From assembly GCA_937976685.1 (NCBI GenBank), contig CALJWR010000011.1:532-64531 (forward strand): 64,000 nt of DNA, written 5' to 3'. Positions 48,090-57,829 of this stretch are shown here, in pieces. This stretch comes from an uncultured Verrucomicrobiae bacterium (GTDB lineage Bacteria; Verrucomicrobiota; Verrucomicrobiia; Limisphaerales; J093). Position 1 is the stretch's first letter, and every line of letters starts with the position of its first letter. Both the position numbers and the translations under genes were made by a program. A model generated the notes under the pieces. That model searched no databases, was not told where the DNA came from, and saw nothing but the letters and a program-made list of their open reading frames with translations.

Positions 48090-50123
48090 TCACAGTTTTT
48101 CGACGCGGACGCAAATCGGGCGGTCCAGGGCGCCGACCTCCACCGCGGTCCGGCCGAGGATCGCCCGTTCAACCTCCCGCACGAAGAACGGGACAAAGAC
48201 GGTTCCCCTTCGAACCTCGCGCGTCACGCGGGCCACTGTTTCGGTGGCCCCTCCCGCCGTCACCAGCCGGATTCGCCCGCCATCCCGCACCCCGAGCGCC
48301 CGCGCGTCTTCGTCATTCACCTCCACAAATCCTTCCGGGTAGTCGAGGAGCAGCACCCGGTACTCGCGCTTAAGGGTCTCACTGTGGCGGATCAGCGCGT
48401 TCTGGTGCCAGTAGTAGAGGGAATGCCCAAACACCAGCCCGACCGGGAAATCCGCCGACGCGCAGGCGGGCTTGCCGGGGCGCGGCACGCGCGCGAGTCG
48501 GAAAGGCCGCCAAGAGGTCTCGGCATCGAACAAAAACTTGGTTCCCAGCGGACGATCGTGGGTGCAGGGCCATTGTCGGCCGTATCCTCGCGCCAAGTTT
48601 TCATGCGAGGCCGCAGAATAGAAGGGCACGACTTCGCCAATCTCGGCCATCACGTCGGCGGAGGAGAGATACCGCCATTCCGCGCCCAACGCCCGAGCCA
48701 CCAGCATCAATTGCCGCCATGCGGGGATGGTGCCCGCCAACGGAGGAATCGCCTGCGCGGCCAGTTGAATGCGCCGGTCGGTGCTGGTGAAACTCACCTG
48801 CTCCTCCCCGAAGGCCGTGCAGGGCAGAATGACATGCGCATAGTCCGCCGTCGCAGTCATAAATAGGTGCTGGACCACGACCAGTTCCAGTCCCTTGAGA
48901 ACCTCGGCGGCGTCGCAAAAGGTCGCGTTGGTCACGGGGTCATACCGGCACAGCCAAGCCGCCTTGAATCGCCCCGGTCGGCGCCCTCCGAAGAACGAGC
49001 GCGCGCCAGCCCCGGGCTCGGCCGGAAGCACGACGCCCCATTTTTCCTCAAAAACCTCGCGTCGGGTGGCATCCGACACCAGCACATACCCCGGCAGCAT
49101 GTCTGGCAGCACGCCCATGTCACAAACACCTTGAAGATTGTTTTGCTCGGTGAGTGGAAAGATCCCGGAACCGCGCCGTCCCACGTGTCCGCAAAGCAAC
49201 GCGAGATTCACCATCGCGCGGATGCTGTCTGGATTGCGGGCCTCGGCGCCGGTCGAGAACAGCACGGCGGCTGTTCTGGCGCGCGCGTACGCGAGGGCCG
49301 CAGCTTCGATGGATTCGGCCGGCACGCCGCAAACCTCAGCAGCGGAGAGGAGATCGTATTGCGCGAGGCAGGCCTCAAACGCCGCGTAATCACGGCAGCG
49401 CGACTTCAGAAACACCAGGTTGGCCAGTCCGCGATCAACAATGACCTTGGCCATGGCGCCGTAGAGGTGAACGTCAGTGCCGGGCCGTAATTGCAGCAAA
49501 TGGTCCGCGTGTTCCGCCACCCGGTGGCGCCGCGGATCCACCACAATCAGCCGCGCGCCGCCGAGCTTGGCGCGGATCACGTGGCCCCCAACGGTTGGCA
49601 ACTGCATTCCCAAGTCCACCCCGTCCACCAGGATGACTTCGCTTGCCGCCAACTCGCCGAGCGAATTGCTTGCCGCCGGCACCCCCAACATTTCGAGAAA
49701 CACATGAACGGCGTTGTTGGCGTAAACCCCGAAGCCGTGATCCACGTTGTTGGTGCCAATGACGGCCCGCGCGAGCTTCTGCAGCAGGTACGCCTCCTCG
49801 TTCGAACAGCGGGGCGCATTGAAGAAGCCGAAGGCATCGGGTCCCCACTGCTGCCGAATTGCCTCCATCCGGGCGGCGATGAACCGAACCGCCTCCTCCC
49901 AGGAGGCCGGCCGCAGACGCCCGTTCTCCCGGAGCAGCGGGTGTCGCAGGCGGTCCGGGGAGCTGGCGACTTCGTGGACATGCCAGCCTCTCACGCAGAT
50001 GCGCCCTTGGTTGCTCGGGTGCGACATGCTCGGGTACGCCCCAAGAATTCGGCACCCGTCGGTCTCCAGGTAGATCCCGCAACCGACTCCGCAGAACGTG
50101 CACGTGGTAAGTTGGTGCGCCAT
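48090..50123 (-). CDS. Mo/W-bisPGD oxidoreductase, FdhF (formate dehydrogenase H)-like but with a non-canonical active site
   Basis: N-terminal 4Fe-4S motif CTFCGVGCG...C. AVIGTNNVDHGFGVYANNAV aligns to E. coli FdhH AVIGTNNVDCCARVUHGPSV, and PLTEQNNLQGVCDMG aligns to PVRGQNNVQGACDMG. Confidence 0.88.
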   Translation of the reverse strand: MAHQLTTCTFCGVGCGIYLETDGCRILGAYPSMSHPSNQGRICVRGWHVHEVASSPDRLRHPLLRENGRLRPASWEEAVRFIAARMEAIRQQWGPDAFGFFNAPRCSNEEAYLLQKLARAVIGTNNVDHGFGVYANNAVHVFLEMLGVPAASNSLGELAASEVILVDGVDLGMQLPTVGGHVIRAKLGGARLIVVDPRRHRVAEHADHLLQLRPGTDVHLYGAMAKVIVDRGLANLVFLKSRCRDYAAFEACLAQYDLLSAAEVCGVPAESIEAAALAYARARTAAVLFSTGAEARNPDSIRAMVNLALLCGHVGRRGSGIFPLTEQNNLQGVCDMGVLPDMLPGYVLVSDATRREVFEEKWGVVLPAEPGAGARSFFGGRRPGRFKAAWLCRYDPVTNATFCDAAEVLKGLELVVVQHLFMTATADYAHVILPCTAFGEEQVSFTSTDRRIQLAAQAIPPLAGTIPAWRQLMLVARALGAEWRYLSSADVMAEIGEVVPFYSAASHENLARGYGRQWPCTHDRPLGTKFLFDAETSWRPFRLARVPRPGKPACASADFPVGLVFGHSLYYWHQNALIRHSETLKREYRVLLLDYPEGFVEVNDEDARALGVRDGGRIRLVTAGGATETVARVTREVRRGTVFVPFFVREVERAILGRTAVEVGALDRPICVRVEKL

Positions 50124-50345
50124 TCAGACTTCCGGCCGCAAACCTCGCCTGAACCTGCCGTGCGGGAGCTGTCCTGGCAGCCGGTTCAGCCGGGGTGCAG
50201 GCCGCCGTTTTTCGTCCGACCATCAGTTCAGCGTTTTTGATTCGCGACTGGCGCATCGAAAGGTAATGTGATACCCAGCCGCTGGCAACAGGGAACTCGG
50301 AAAATCGCGGGTCGCGACAGGCGCCCGCCTTCGCTGGATGGCCGC

Positions 50346-52472
50346 CTACCGTTCCGCGCGGAGCGGGTACATCGCCTGCCCAACCCGACGGCTCGCGCTG
50401 ACGGTCTCCTCATGCGGGGTGTCAGCGATGTCCACGAAACCGATCTGGTAGTTCTCCTCATCGAGCACCCGACCGGTGGTGGGCTGGTCCTGGTACTGAA
50501 ACCAGTGGGCGCCCACGATTTGGGGATGGCGCAACGCGCCCTGCACGTAGTCGGTGTAGGCCTGCGCCCGGGCCGCCTGATTGGCCACCGGCACCAATCC
50601 CGTATGGAACATGCCGCGATCCAGCGCGCCAAAGTGGAATTCCCCAATGATCAGCGGCACGTCTCCCGCACCTTCCGCTTTGAAGTCCGCGACGCTGCGC
50701 CGGTACAGGTTGTAGCTCACCACATCGCAGTACTTCGCCGCCGCGGCGGCCGCGCGGGCGTTGGCCCACGCGAACCGGCAACCCAGGTACAACTGTTGCG
50801 GAGCCACCTCCTTGATCGCTTCGCGCACGGTTCGGAAATAGCTCTCCGCCGCTACGGTGTAGAAAGCCCGCAAATCGTCCCCCGCCCTGGCCAAGGGCGG
50901 CCGGTTGGTGCTCGCGAGTAAGCCCTCCCAGTTGGTGTGAACGGTTCCCCACGCCGCGTTCAGCCGGCTGATGTCACCGTACTTTTTCCGAAGCCAGATC
51001 ACAAAGGCCTGTTTGGCCGGTTGATCGGCCGGTGACGCCAGGGCTGCGAGCGAGAGAGACACCTCGTCGCCCCAGGACATTTCGTTGTCCGAAAAATAGC
51101 CGAGACACCAGGGATCATTCGCCGACCCGCCGCGCTTGGCTGCCATTTGCCGGCGCAACCTTTCGCGGAACGCCGGATCGAAGACGTCCGGAAATTTGCC
51201 CCAGTAACCTTCGCTCCCCTCGATGTTGCGCACGCCGCGTGAGCCGAGGTTGTCGGTGTACGGCGTGCGCCGGAGCCGCGCGATGGCCGGGTCGGACCAG
51301 TTGGCCACAGTGTTCAATCCCCAAGCGCGCAGCCGTTGATGGATGACGTCCGGACAGACCGTCTTCCAGTCGTCCCCGTACTTGCGCTTGAAGTTGGCAC
51401 CAGCGAAGGAGAAACACCGGGGTGAGCGTCCCGCGTAGTGTCCCATCAAAGCATGGCCGGCGGGCTGGATGAACTCGGCGAACTCGGGTTGCTTCCACGG
51501 CGGGTCCACGAACCAATCATCCCGCTCGTCAATCGGGGTGGCATCCAGCATCCGGACGCAGTCAATCCCGTGTGACCAGAACAGCCGGCCCACAGGATCC
51601 ACCAGCCACCACTTGCCGTCGTATTTCTGGACCCGGAAGAAGCCGGTGGCCTCCAGTTGCGGGCCGGCCGCCCAGCCGCCGTACTGGTTCCACGCGGCAG
51701 CTTTGGTGAACTCGGGCACACTGGCCTTGAGTTTTTCGTTTTCCGCTTCCCGACGTTCGCGCAGGTCTGCCACCGACGCCACCTTGCGCGGCCAGTCTCG
51801 GTGTCGGTACTGACCAAAGGTGTCAATAAACGGCAGGAACGGGTCGGCGTCGCTGGTCCACGCGGTCGGCCGCACGTATTCGCCGCCGGCGGTCAATGCG
51901 ATGAGCTCGAAGGCATGCCCCACCTTTGGCTGGCTCAAAAAGATCACCACCTGAGTGACCCTCGATGGATCCAGCGCCTCCGGACCGGGCGCCTTCACCG
52001 GATACCCCCGCATCCCGAACAGCTTTCCCCCCAGTTTGTCGTCCACGGTCCGCTTCAGGTCCACGCGTACCCAACCGGTCGCGCCGGGTTCGACGCCCGC
52101 CGACCCAGTCAGGCAGTGCTTGGTTCCGTCCGCACCGGGATTATCCACGCGCAGGTGCAGCGTGAACGGCCGGTCGCCGGTGTTTCGCGCCTTGACCATC
52201 ACCGAGGCAAAGGGCGACAAGTCCCAGCCGCCTGCCGGTGCCGACAGGGCAACGCCCGGCCACTTCTCGCTGGGTTTGGTCGTGACCCGCCATCCACTGC
52301 CCGCGGCTGCCGGTGGGCTCAGGGTGGCCTCGGCCGCCTGCATTCGACCGTCACCGCTGTCGCGGGTGAAATCGAACAGCGCCCGATCATCAGCCCCGAG
52401 GACGTCGAGACACAGCGCGTCGAAAGACGAGCCGGCGACGAAGAGGCCGAGGGCGAGGGAGAACGATTTCAT
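50346..52472 (-). CDS. Secreted putative glycoside hydrolase (TIM-barrel, agarase/GH42-like by eye) with an N-terminal beta-sandwich
   Basis: Signal peptide MKSFSLALGLFVAGSS from ATG 52472. GLNTVANWSD, LGYFSDNEMSW, IIGEFHFG and HWFQYQDQP. Family assignment is tentative. Confidence 0.55.
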   Translation of the reverse strand: MKSFSLALGLFVAGSSFDALCLDVLGADDRALFDFTRDSGDGRMQAAEATLSPPAAAGSGWRVTTKPSEKWPGVALSAPAGGWDLSPFASVMVKARNTGDRPFTLHLRVDNPGADGTKHCLTGSAGVEPGATGWVRVDLKRTVDDKLGGKLFGMRGYPVKAPGPEALDPSRVTQVVIFLSQPKVGHAFELIALTAGGEYVRPTAWTSDADPFLPFIDTFGQYRHRDWPRKVASVADLRERREAENEKLKASVPEFTKAAAWNQYGGWAAGPQLEATGFFRVQKYDGKWWLVDPVGRLFWSHGIDCVRMLDATPIDERDDWFVDPPWKQPEFAEFIQPAGHALMGHYAGRSPRCFSFAGANFKRKYGDDWKTVCPDVIHQRLRAWGLNTVANWSDPAIARLRRTPYTDNLGSRGVRNIEGSEGYWGKFPDVFDPAFRERLRRQMAAKRGGSANDPWCLGYFSDNEMSWGDEVSLSLAALASPADQPAKQAFVIWLRKKYGDISRLNAAWGTVHTNWEGLLASTNRPPLARAGDDLRAFYTVAAESYFRTVREAIKEVAPQQLYLGCRFAWANARAAAAAAKYCDVVSYNLYRRSVADFKAEGAGDVPLIIGEFHFGALDRGMFHTGLVPVANQAARAQAYTDYVQGALRHPQIVGAHWFQYQDQPTTGRVLDEENYQIGFVDIADTPHEETVSASRRVGQAMYPLRAER

Positions 52473-52575
52473 CCGCCCCAGCTTTTGATCGTGAACGGGC
52501 GCCGTCAACCGGCAAAGGATTTCGCGGTTGGTTGACGGTCCGTCCAAAGCGGCTGATCCTGGTCGGCCCGACGAT

Positions 52576-53535
52576 TCACGACTCGACATCTCCGTCCCGG
52601 CGACCCGATCCCGCGAAAGGATTCCCGGAGTTTCGACTTGGTTGCGGCTTCCTTTCCGCGAAGGGATTGGCGACGGCGCCAACGCCGTCGTCTGACTCAG
52701 GCGATTCTGGGTCCGTCGCAGTTCCTGATTCCGTCTCCGCTTCCTTGGGCGACGGCGCCGGCGGCAGTTTTAGCGGGGCCACGACCAGCAGCAGCACCGT
52801 GATCAGCAAGGAACCGCCAGCCACCAGCAACAACTCGACCAACGCGACCTGCTGATAGGTGTACAACAGGACTCCGATCAAGATCACCACTGTGCCCGGA
52901 ACGAATCCAGCAATCGCCAGACGCCAGCAGCCAAAAAACGTTGCCCGCCGTTCGCCCAGCAGGCTGTAGCTCAGCAGGGGCAGCGCCAGCAGCAAACCGC
53001 CGAAGAGCCACGCCAGGCTCAACCCGAGAAAAGCCAGAATGCCCACCCACGCCAGTACCTGCGGATGCCAAGCGTCGAGTTGCGCCCCGAGCTCCCGGCT
53101 GGTGAGTCGGAACTGAACCTGATGCGGATACCGGATGAAGGTGTAACCCAGCAGCGACGCCGCATCCACGCCATCCTCCCGCAACTCCAGCGTCACGTCC
53201 GCCGCGGTGGGCAGCGGCTGGGTGCCGCGCGGCACCGCGAGAATGGCCAGGAAGCGGTTCTCCGCGAGCGCTTGCACGGCGTTCGTGGGCCAGAGCAGGC
53301 GCCCGGACCGCAGCTCGATTCCATCCGGCGTGGCCGCGGCGGCAGCACGGACGGCCGGCCACCACGACATTGCCACGAAATGCGCCACCACGAACCCCGC
53401 CGCCAACGCCATGCCGAAGATCAACGCCATGACCCGGCCAAACGGCGCGGCGGCAAATCGCGCCACCTGGCCGATGGTCAGCGGCAGCCGGGGAACACGG
53501 TCACCGGAGACTGTCGGAACAGGCTCCGCGCTCAT
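52576..53535 (-). CDS. Hypothetical polytopic membrane protein
   Basis: 319 aa with several hydrophobic helices and an acidic, P-rich tail. Confidence 0.55.
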   Translation of the reverse strand: MSAEPVPTVSGDRVPRLPLTIGQVARFAAAPFGRVMALIFGMALAAGFVVAHFVAMSWWPAVRAAAAATPDGIELRSGRLLWPTNAVQALAENRFLAILAVPRGTQPLPTAADVTLELREDGVDAASLLGYTFIRYPHQVQFRLTSRELGAQLDAWHPQVLAWVGILAFLGLSLAWLFGGLLLALPLLSYSLLGERRATFFGCWRLAIAGFVPGTVVILIGVLLYTYQQVALVELLLVAGGSLLITVLLLVVAPLKLPPAPSPKEAETESGTATDPESPESDDGVGAVANPFAERKPQPSRNSGNPFAGSGRRDGDVES

Positions 53536-53559
53536 GGCGGGACTGGCGCGGGGCGCCCC

Positions 53560-54009
53560 CTACTGTTCCGCCGGAGGTTGCGGTGGCTGCACGGGCCGCT
53601 GTGTGCCTTGCGGCGGCGGCTGAACAATCACCGGCATCGGGTAGCGGATCTTCATGACGTCATCCACCAGCACCTCAATGTAGTACACCCCGGCCGAGGC
53701 GAACTCGACCTGGCCGAAGACCGTGACATTCACCGCGTGGTGGGAAGCGTCTTGCAGGGCAAACTTCACGCTACCCTGACGCAGGACGGTGGTGCCGTCT
53801 GGTGCAATCAGCCGCGTGGCCTCGGTAAAGGTCCCCACGCCGGCCGTCCAGCGATTGAACAAACACAGCTTGAACGCCGTGACCGGCACTTGCGGCAGAC
53901 GGACGTAGCCGATGATGCCGATGACCATGAAGTTGCCGCTGGATTCCTGGCGGACGTCTTCGCAGAGGAGTGAGGCCTGAAGATCAGGAAGGATACGATT
54001 CGGTTGCAT
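53560..54009 (-). CDS. Hypothetical protein (beta-rich, P/Q-rich tail)
   Basis: 149-aa ORF with coding-like composition, lying 24 nt upstream of the membrane protein gene. Confidence 0.5.
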   Translation of the reverse strand: MQPNRILPDLQASLLCEDVRQESSGNFMVIGIIGYVRLPQVPVTAFKLCLFNRWTAGVGTFTEATRLIAPDGTTVLRQGSVKFALQDASHHAVNVTVFGQVEFASAGVYYIEVLVDDVMKIRYPMPVIVQPPPQGTQRPVQPPQPPAEQ

Positions 54010-54041
54010 AGTGGTTTGGTTCTAAATCTGTCCCGCCCCGG

Positions 54042-54935
54042 TCACGAAGCGGTTGCCCGCCTGGCCGCGCGGACGGTGTTGCGCATCAACATGGCAATGG
54101 TCATCGGCCCAACCCCGCCGGGGTTCGGCGTGATGCGGCCCGCCACCGGCTGAACGTGCGGGAAATCCACATCCCCCACCAGCCGAAAACCGCCGCGCGC
54201 CGCAGGATCCGCCACCCGATTCACGCCGACATCAATCACCACGGCGCCCGGTTTGACCATGTCCGCCTTGACGAACTCAGCCACACCCATCGCGGCGATC
54301 AGCACGTCGGCGCGGCGACAATGCGCCGCCAGATTCCGCGTCCGGGAGTGGCAGACCGTTACTGTCGCGTCGGCGTGCGGCGCCTTTTGCAGGAGAATCG
54401 CCGCCATTGGTTTGCCTACGATGTTGCCCCGCCCCAGCACCACCACCTCCGCCCCGGCGAGGGGAACCCCCGTCCGGACCAGCAACTCGTGGATGCCCGC
54501 CGGCGTGCAGGGCACAAAACCGTCCGTGTCGCCGAGCATGAGCTTGCCCACGTTTTCCGGATGGAAGCCGTCCACATCCTTGCCCGGCAGCACCGTTGAA
54601 TACACCCGGCTGGCGCGAATATGCCCCGGCAGCGGGGCTTGAACCAAGATACCGTGAACCGCTGGATCACCATTCAGCCGCGCCAGCAACGCGAGCAATT
54701 CCTCCTCCCGCGTCGCGGCCGGAAGGACATGCGTGGTCGAACGGATACCGAGCCGGGCGCTGACCCGTTCCTTCATGCCCACATACACCTGCGACGCGGG
54801 ATCCTCGCCCACCCGCACAAAGACGAGGCAGGGCTCGACGCCCCGCCGCTGGAGTTCCGCCACGTCCGCCGCCGTTGCCCGATTCAACTCTTCGGCAATC
54901 GCGCGTCCGTCAATCAGGTTGGCCGGCGCGCTCAC
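54042..54935 (-). CDS. folD: Bifunctional 5,10-methylene-THF dehydrogenase / methenyl-THF cyclohydrolase
   Basis: IDGRAIA..., VGEDPASQVYVGMKE, GILVQAPLP, VVVLGRGNIVGKPMA, PNPGGVGPMT. GTG start overlaps the upstream stop (GTGA). Confidence 0.93.
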   Translation of the reverse strand: MSAPANLIDGRAIAEELNRATAADVAELQRRGVEPCLVFVRVGEDPASQVYVGMKERVSARLGIRSTTHVLPAATREEELLALLARLNGDPAVHGILVQAPLPGHIRASRVYSTVLPGKDVDGFHPENVGKLMLGDTDGFVPCTPAGIHELLVRTGVPLAGAEVVVLGRGNIVGKPMAAILLQKAPHADATVTVCHSRTRNLAAHCRRADVLIAAMGVAEFVKADMVKPGAVVIDVGVNRVADPAARGGFRLVGDVDFPHVQPVAGRITPNPGGVGPMTIAMLMRNTVRAARRATAS

Positions 54936-55891
54936 GGGGCGAGGCGGATGGACTGGACCTCGATCATCGGCAAATTCGGCCAGCGCGGCTCGATCTGTTC
55001 CTCGCCCGCCACGATCACGCGCTGCCCGCGGAACTTGGCAATCTTGATGTCCGGCGAGGCCGGCAGCAGGAAGTTTAACCGGATCGCACCGTAGATGGAC
55101 CGCAACTCGTACGGCGTCGGCGCCTGAATGCTGATCGTCGGCCGGACCAACCCCTCTCGCCTCACGATGCGCCGGCGCGGTTCCGGCGGAGTTTCAGGTG
55201 GCATTTCTGCGGGGGCCATCGTTTCGCTGGCAGGTGCGGGGACGGCCTCCGGCTCCGCCGGCGCCGGCGCGCTGCTGACCGGACGGGCAGCCGCCAATGC
55301 CGGCGCGGCACTCGCAGCGGTCACGGCTTCCGGACTCGCGGCAGCGGTCGCTGCCGCCGGAGCCATCGCGGACCGGCCGACCACGACCGGAGTGCTGGGA
55401 GCTGCCGACCCCGGCGGCAATTGCCGCAGGTACTGCGCGGACACGAACGCAAAAGTGTTCGTCGGAGCCTCAATCTCCATCCAGTCGTCGAGCGTCCGGA
55501 TGCGGCGAATCGGGGCCTCCTTGCCCAACAACCCGAGCGTGCTGAAGTTCAGCCCCGGGCCCGCGCGCACATTCAGCCGGTCGCTCCGGACCACTTGGCG
55601 GCGCGCGTCCACGAACGGCGCATAGACCCACACGGGCGTGTCCGACGGCAGATGAATCTTGGCCCACTGACTGGTGGCGCCTCCCGGAGTGCCTGCGGGC
55701 TGGCCCCACTCCACCACGGTCACCTGTTCGCCCCGGCGCAAGTGGGTGATCACCTCTGTGTCCACCGAGGGGCCGCCCCGCACGTTCACCCGATCGCCCG
55801 TTACCCGGGCCACATCCTCGGAATACACCGACACCCCAATCCCACAGAGAATCGAGGTGGTCACTCCAACCAGCCGAAGACGCCGTCTCAT
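54932..55891 (-). CDS. Bacterial SH3 (SH3b) domain protein with an A/P-rich linker
   Basis: Two VNVRGGPS / LNVRAGPG SH3b-type segments. ATG 55891 preferred over the track start 55930. Confidence 0.6.
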   Translation of the reverse strand: MRRRLRLVGVTTSILCGIGVSVYSEDVARVTGDRVNVRGGPSVDTEVITHLRRGEQVTVVEWGQPAGTPGGATSQWAKIHLPSDTPVWVYAPFVDARRQVVRSDRLNVRAGPGLNFSTLGLLGKEAPIRRIRTLDDWMEIEAPTNTFAFVSAQYLRQLPPGSAAPSTPVVVGRSAMAPAAATAAASPEAVTAASAAPALAAARPVSSAPAPAEPEAVPAPASETMAPAEMPPETPPEPRRRIVRREGLVRPTISIQAPTPYELRSIYGAIRLNFLLPASPDIKIAKFRGQRVIVAGEEQIEPRWPNLPMIEVQSIRLAP

Positions 55892-56010
55892 CGCGGCCCG
55901 GATACAAGGCGGAGCGTCGCGTTCACTCAAGCAGAAACATCATCACAGCGACCGCAGATCGGCCCGGACCCTGCCGTCCCCTGCTCTTCCCGCTCGCCGT
56001 ATCGCCCGCA

Positions 56011-57829
56011 TCAGGGGCTGCCCGCCCGGCGGTCGCTCCCGGTTTCCACGGTCACGCCAGCCGGCGCCTCAAACTGGGTCGCCACCGAGCCGTCGGCGCG
56101 TCGCTTGTGCCGGACTTGGATGAGGCCGGGCGGAGTCGGATACGCGCCTTCCGCCCAGCGGAGATTGCCCAACTGGGGCGCGATGCGCACGCGACGGCAA
56201 CCCGGCTCGAGCGGCTTGACACCCAGCACATGCTGGCTCAGCCACGCCGTCGGCCCGCTGGCCCAACCGTGACACAAACTGTGGCGGAAGCCCTCGTAGC
56301 AATACGCGCCGAAATCACCGTGGATGTCCTTTTTTCCCGGTGGCACCAGCTCGTCAATCCGGGCCGCGTTCGGCACCCAATCCAGATCGAAGTCCTCCCA
56401 GAAAGTCGTGGCGCCGAGATCCAGCATGGCACCCCAGTAGCTCCGGATGAAATCGAGCGCGGTGGTGACATCACCAGACCTGGCCAGAGCTTGCAGCACG
56501 TAGAAACCGTAGAACGTTGAGAGGCCCTTGGGGCCGCCCACCTTGAGGACCTCGTCCGCGGCGCGGCGCGGATCCAGCAACCCCGCCAGCGCGAGCAGCG
56601 CCGCGCCGGATTTCGAGCCGTTCGGGTCGGGCACGACCCGACGCCCGCCGGCCGCCGCCTCGGCGCAGAGCGCGGCAGTGTCGCCGTCGCCGAGGGTGGT
56701 CATCAGCCGCTGGCCCGCTTCGAGCGTCATCACGAGAAGGGCCTGCAGCCCGGCAGTCACCCCCTGCTGATTTGGCGAACTTGGCCAGTCGAGGAACCGC
56801 ATCCCGTCAATGCGCTCGCGTCCATCGGGTCCCCCGAGATTCGCCAGGCGCCGGAGCAGCGCGCCCAAATAGGGCTGTTGCGCCTCGAGATACCCGCGGT
56901 TGCCCTGATGGAACCACAGGTCCTCGTGTATCAGCACCCACCACATCGAGTAGCTGGAGATCCCGTTCATCCACTCGGTCACGGGGGTGATGTCACGCGT
57001 CAGGTCCAGCGAACGCGGCACCACGTCGTTGAAGCCGAACACCGCGTGGATCGTGCTGACCTCCGGATGCATGTCGCCGATCCAGACCAACCGATCGCGC
57101 TTGATGCCATCCCACAGGTACTCCTGCATGCTCAGGTGGACCGTGTACGCGCCCACCTCCCAGATGCGATTGAGGCGCTCGTCGTCGCACCGGAACGAAC
57201 CCAGGTACGGCACATCGCGAAGCTGCAAGACCGCCCGCACGTGACTCACGTTCCACGGCCAGTTCCGGATCCGCGTTGTCAATGCGGACGAAGCGGAATC
57301 CGCTGGGGCCAACCATCTTCTTTCCCAGCCACGGCAACGTCACGGTCTGGTCGCGCAACCCATGATCGTTCTGCGCGTTCTGTTTGCCCCCCAACTCGGC
57401 CATCGCCTCCGAGACCGACTCTCCGAACCGCACACGGACCCGCCGCAGCTTCGCCTGCTTCCCGGTCATGGGCGTGAACAGCTCCACGTAGCCGGTCAAC
57501 TCCCGGCCAAAGTCCAGTAACACCCCGGCGACGCCATTCGAAGACGCACGGAGCACGCACGGCGGCCGGCTCTCTTGGAGCACCGCCTGGCCCGGGTGCG
57601 GCCGCAGCAACGAGTCGGCGTGCTGCACGCCTTCGCGGCTCTGCCAAACGAGGCGAGTCGGCGCCACGAAGTAAGTCGCCAGCGGTGAGCGTTCTCCCTG
57701 CGTGACGCCCGCCCGCCCGGGAGTCGGTTCCCCGGCGACCCCTGCCCTGGCTCCCAGGGCCCACGCCAGCAAGAGGGCCTGCAGGCGTCCAAGGCAACGC
57801 GGGCCGGTGGCGGCGCTCCAAACCGTCAT
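56011..57829 (-). pseudogene. GH78-like alpha-L-rhamnosidase (six-hairpin glycosidase), frameshifted
   Basis: N-terminal part (signal peptide ...GFRFVRIDNADPE) is in track ORF 56993..57940. It continues as NVSHVRAVLQLRDVPYLGSFRCDDERLNRIWEV...WIGDM...FWEDF...HGWASGP in ORF 56011..57312. The frames switch near 57245-57290. Confidence 0.7.

Noticed and set aside
49722-49724. Possible selenocysteine (in-frame TGA plus SECIS) in the FdhF-like gene
   Set aside because: The ORF is uninterrupted, and the codon aligned to Sec140 of FdhH is TAC (Tyr). I saw no in-frame TGA in this gene.
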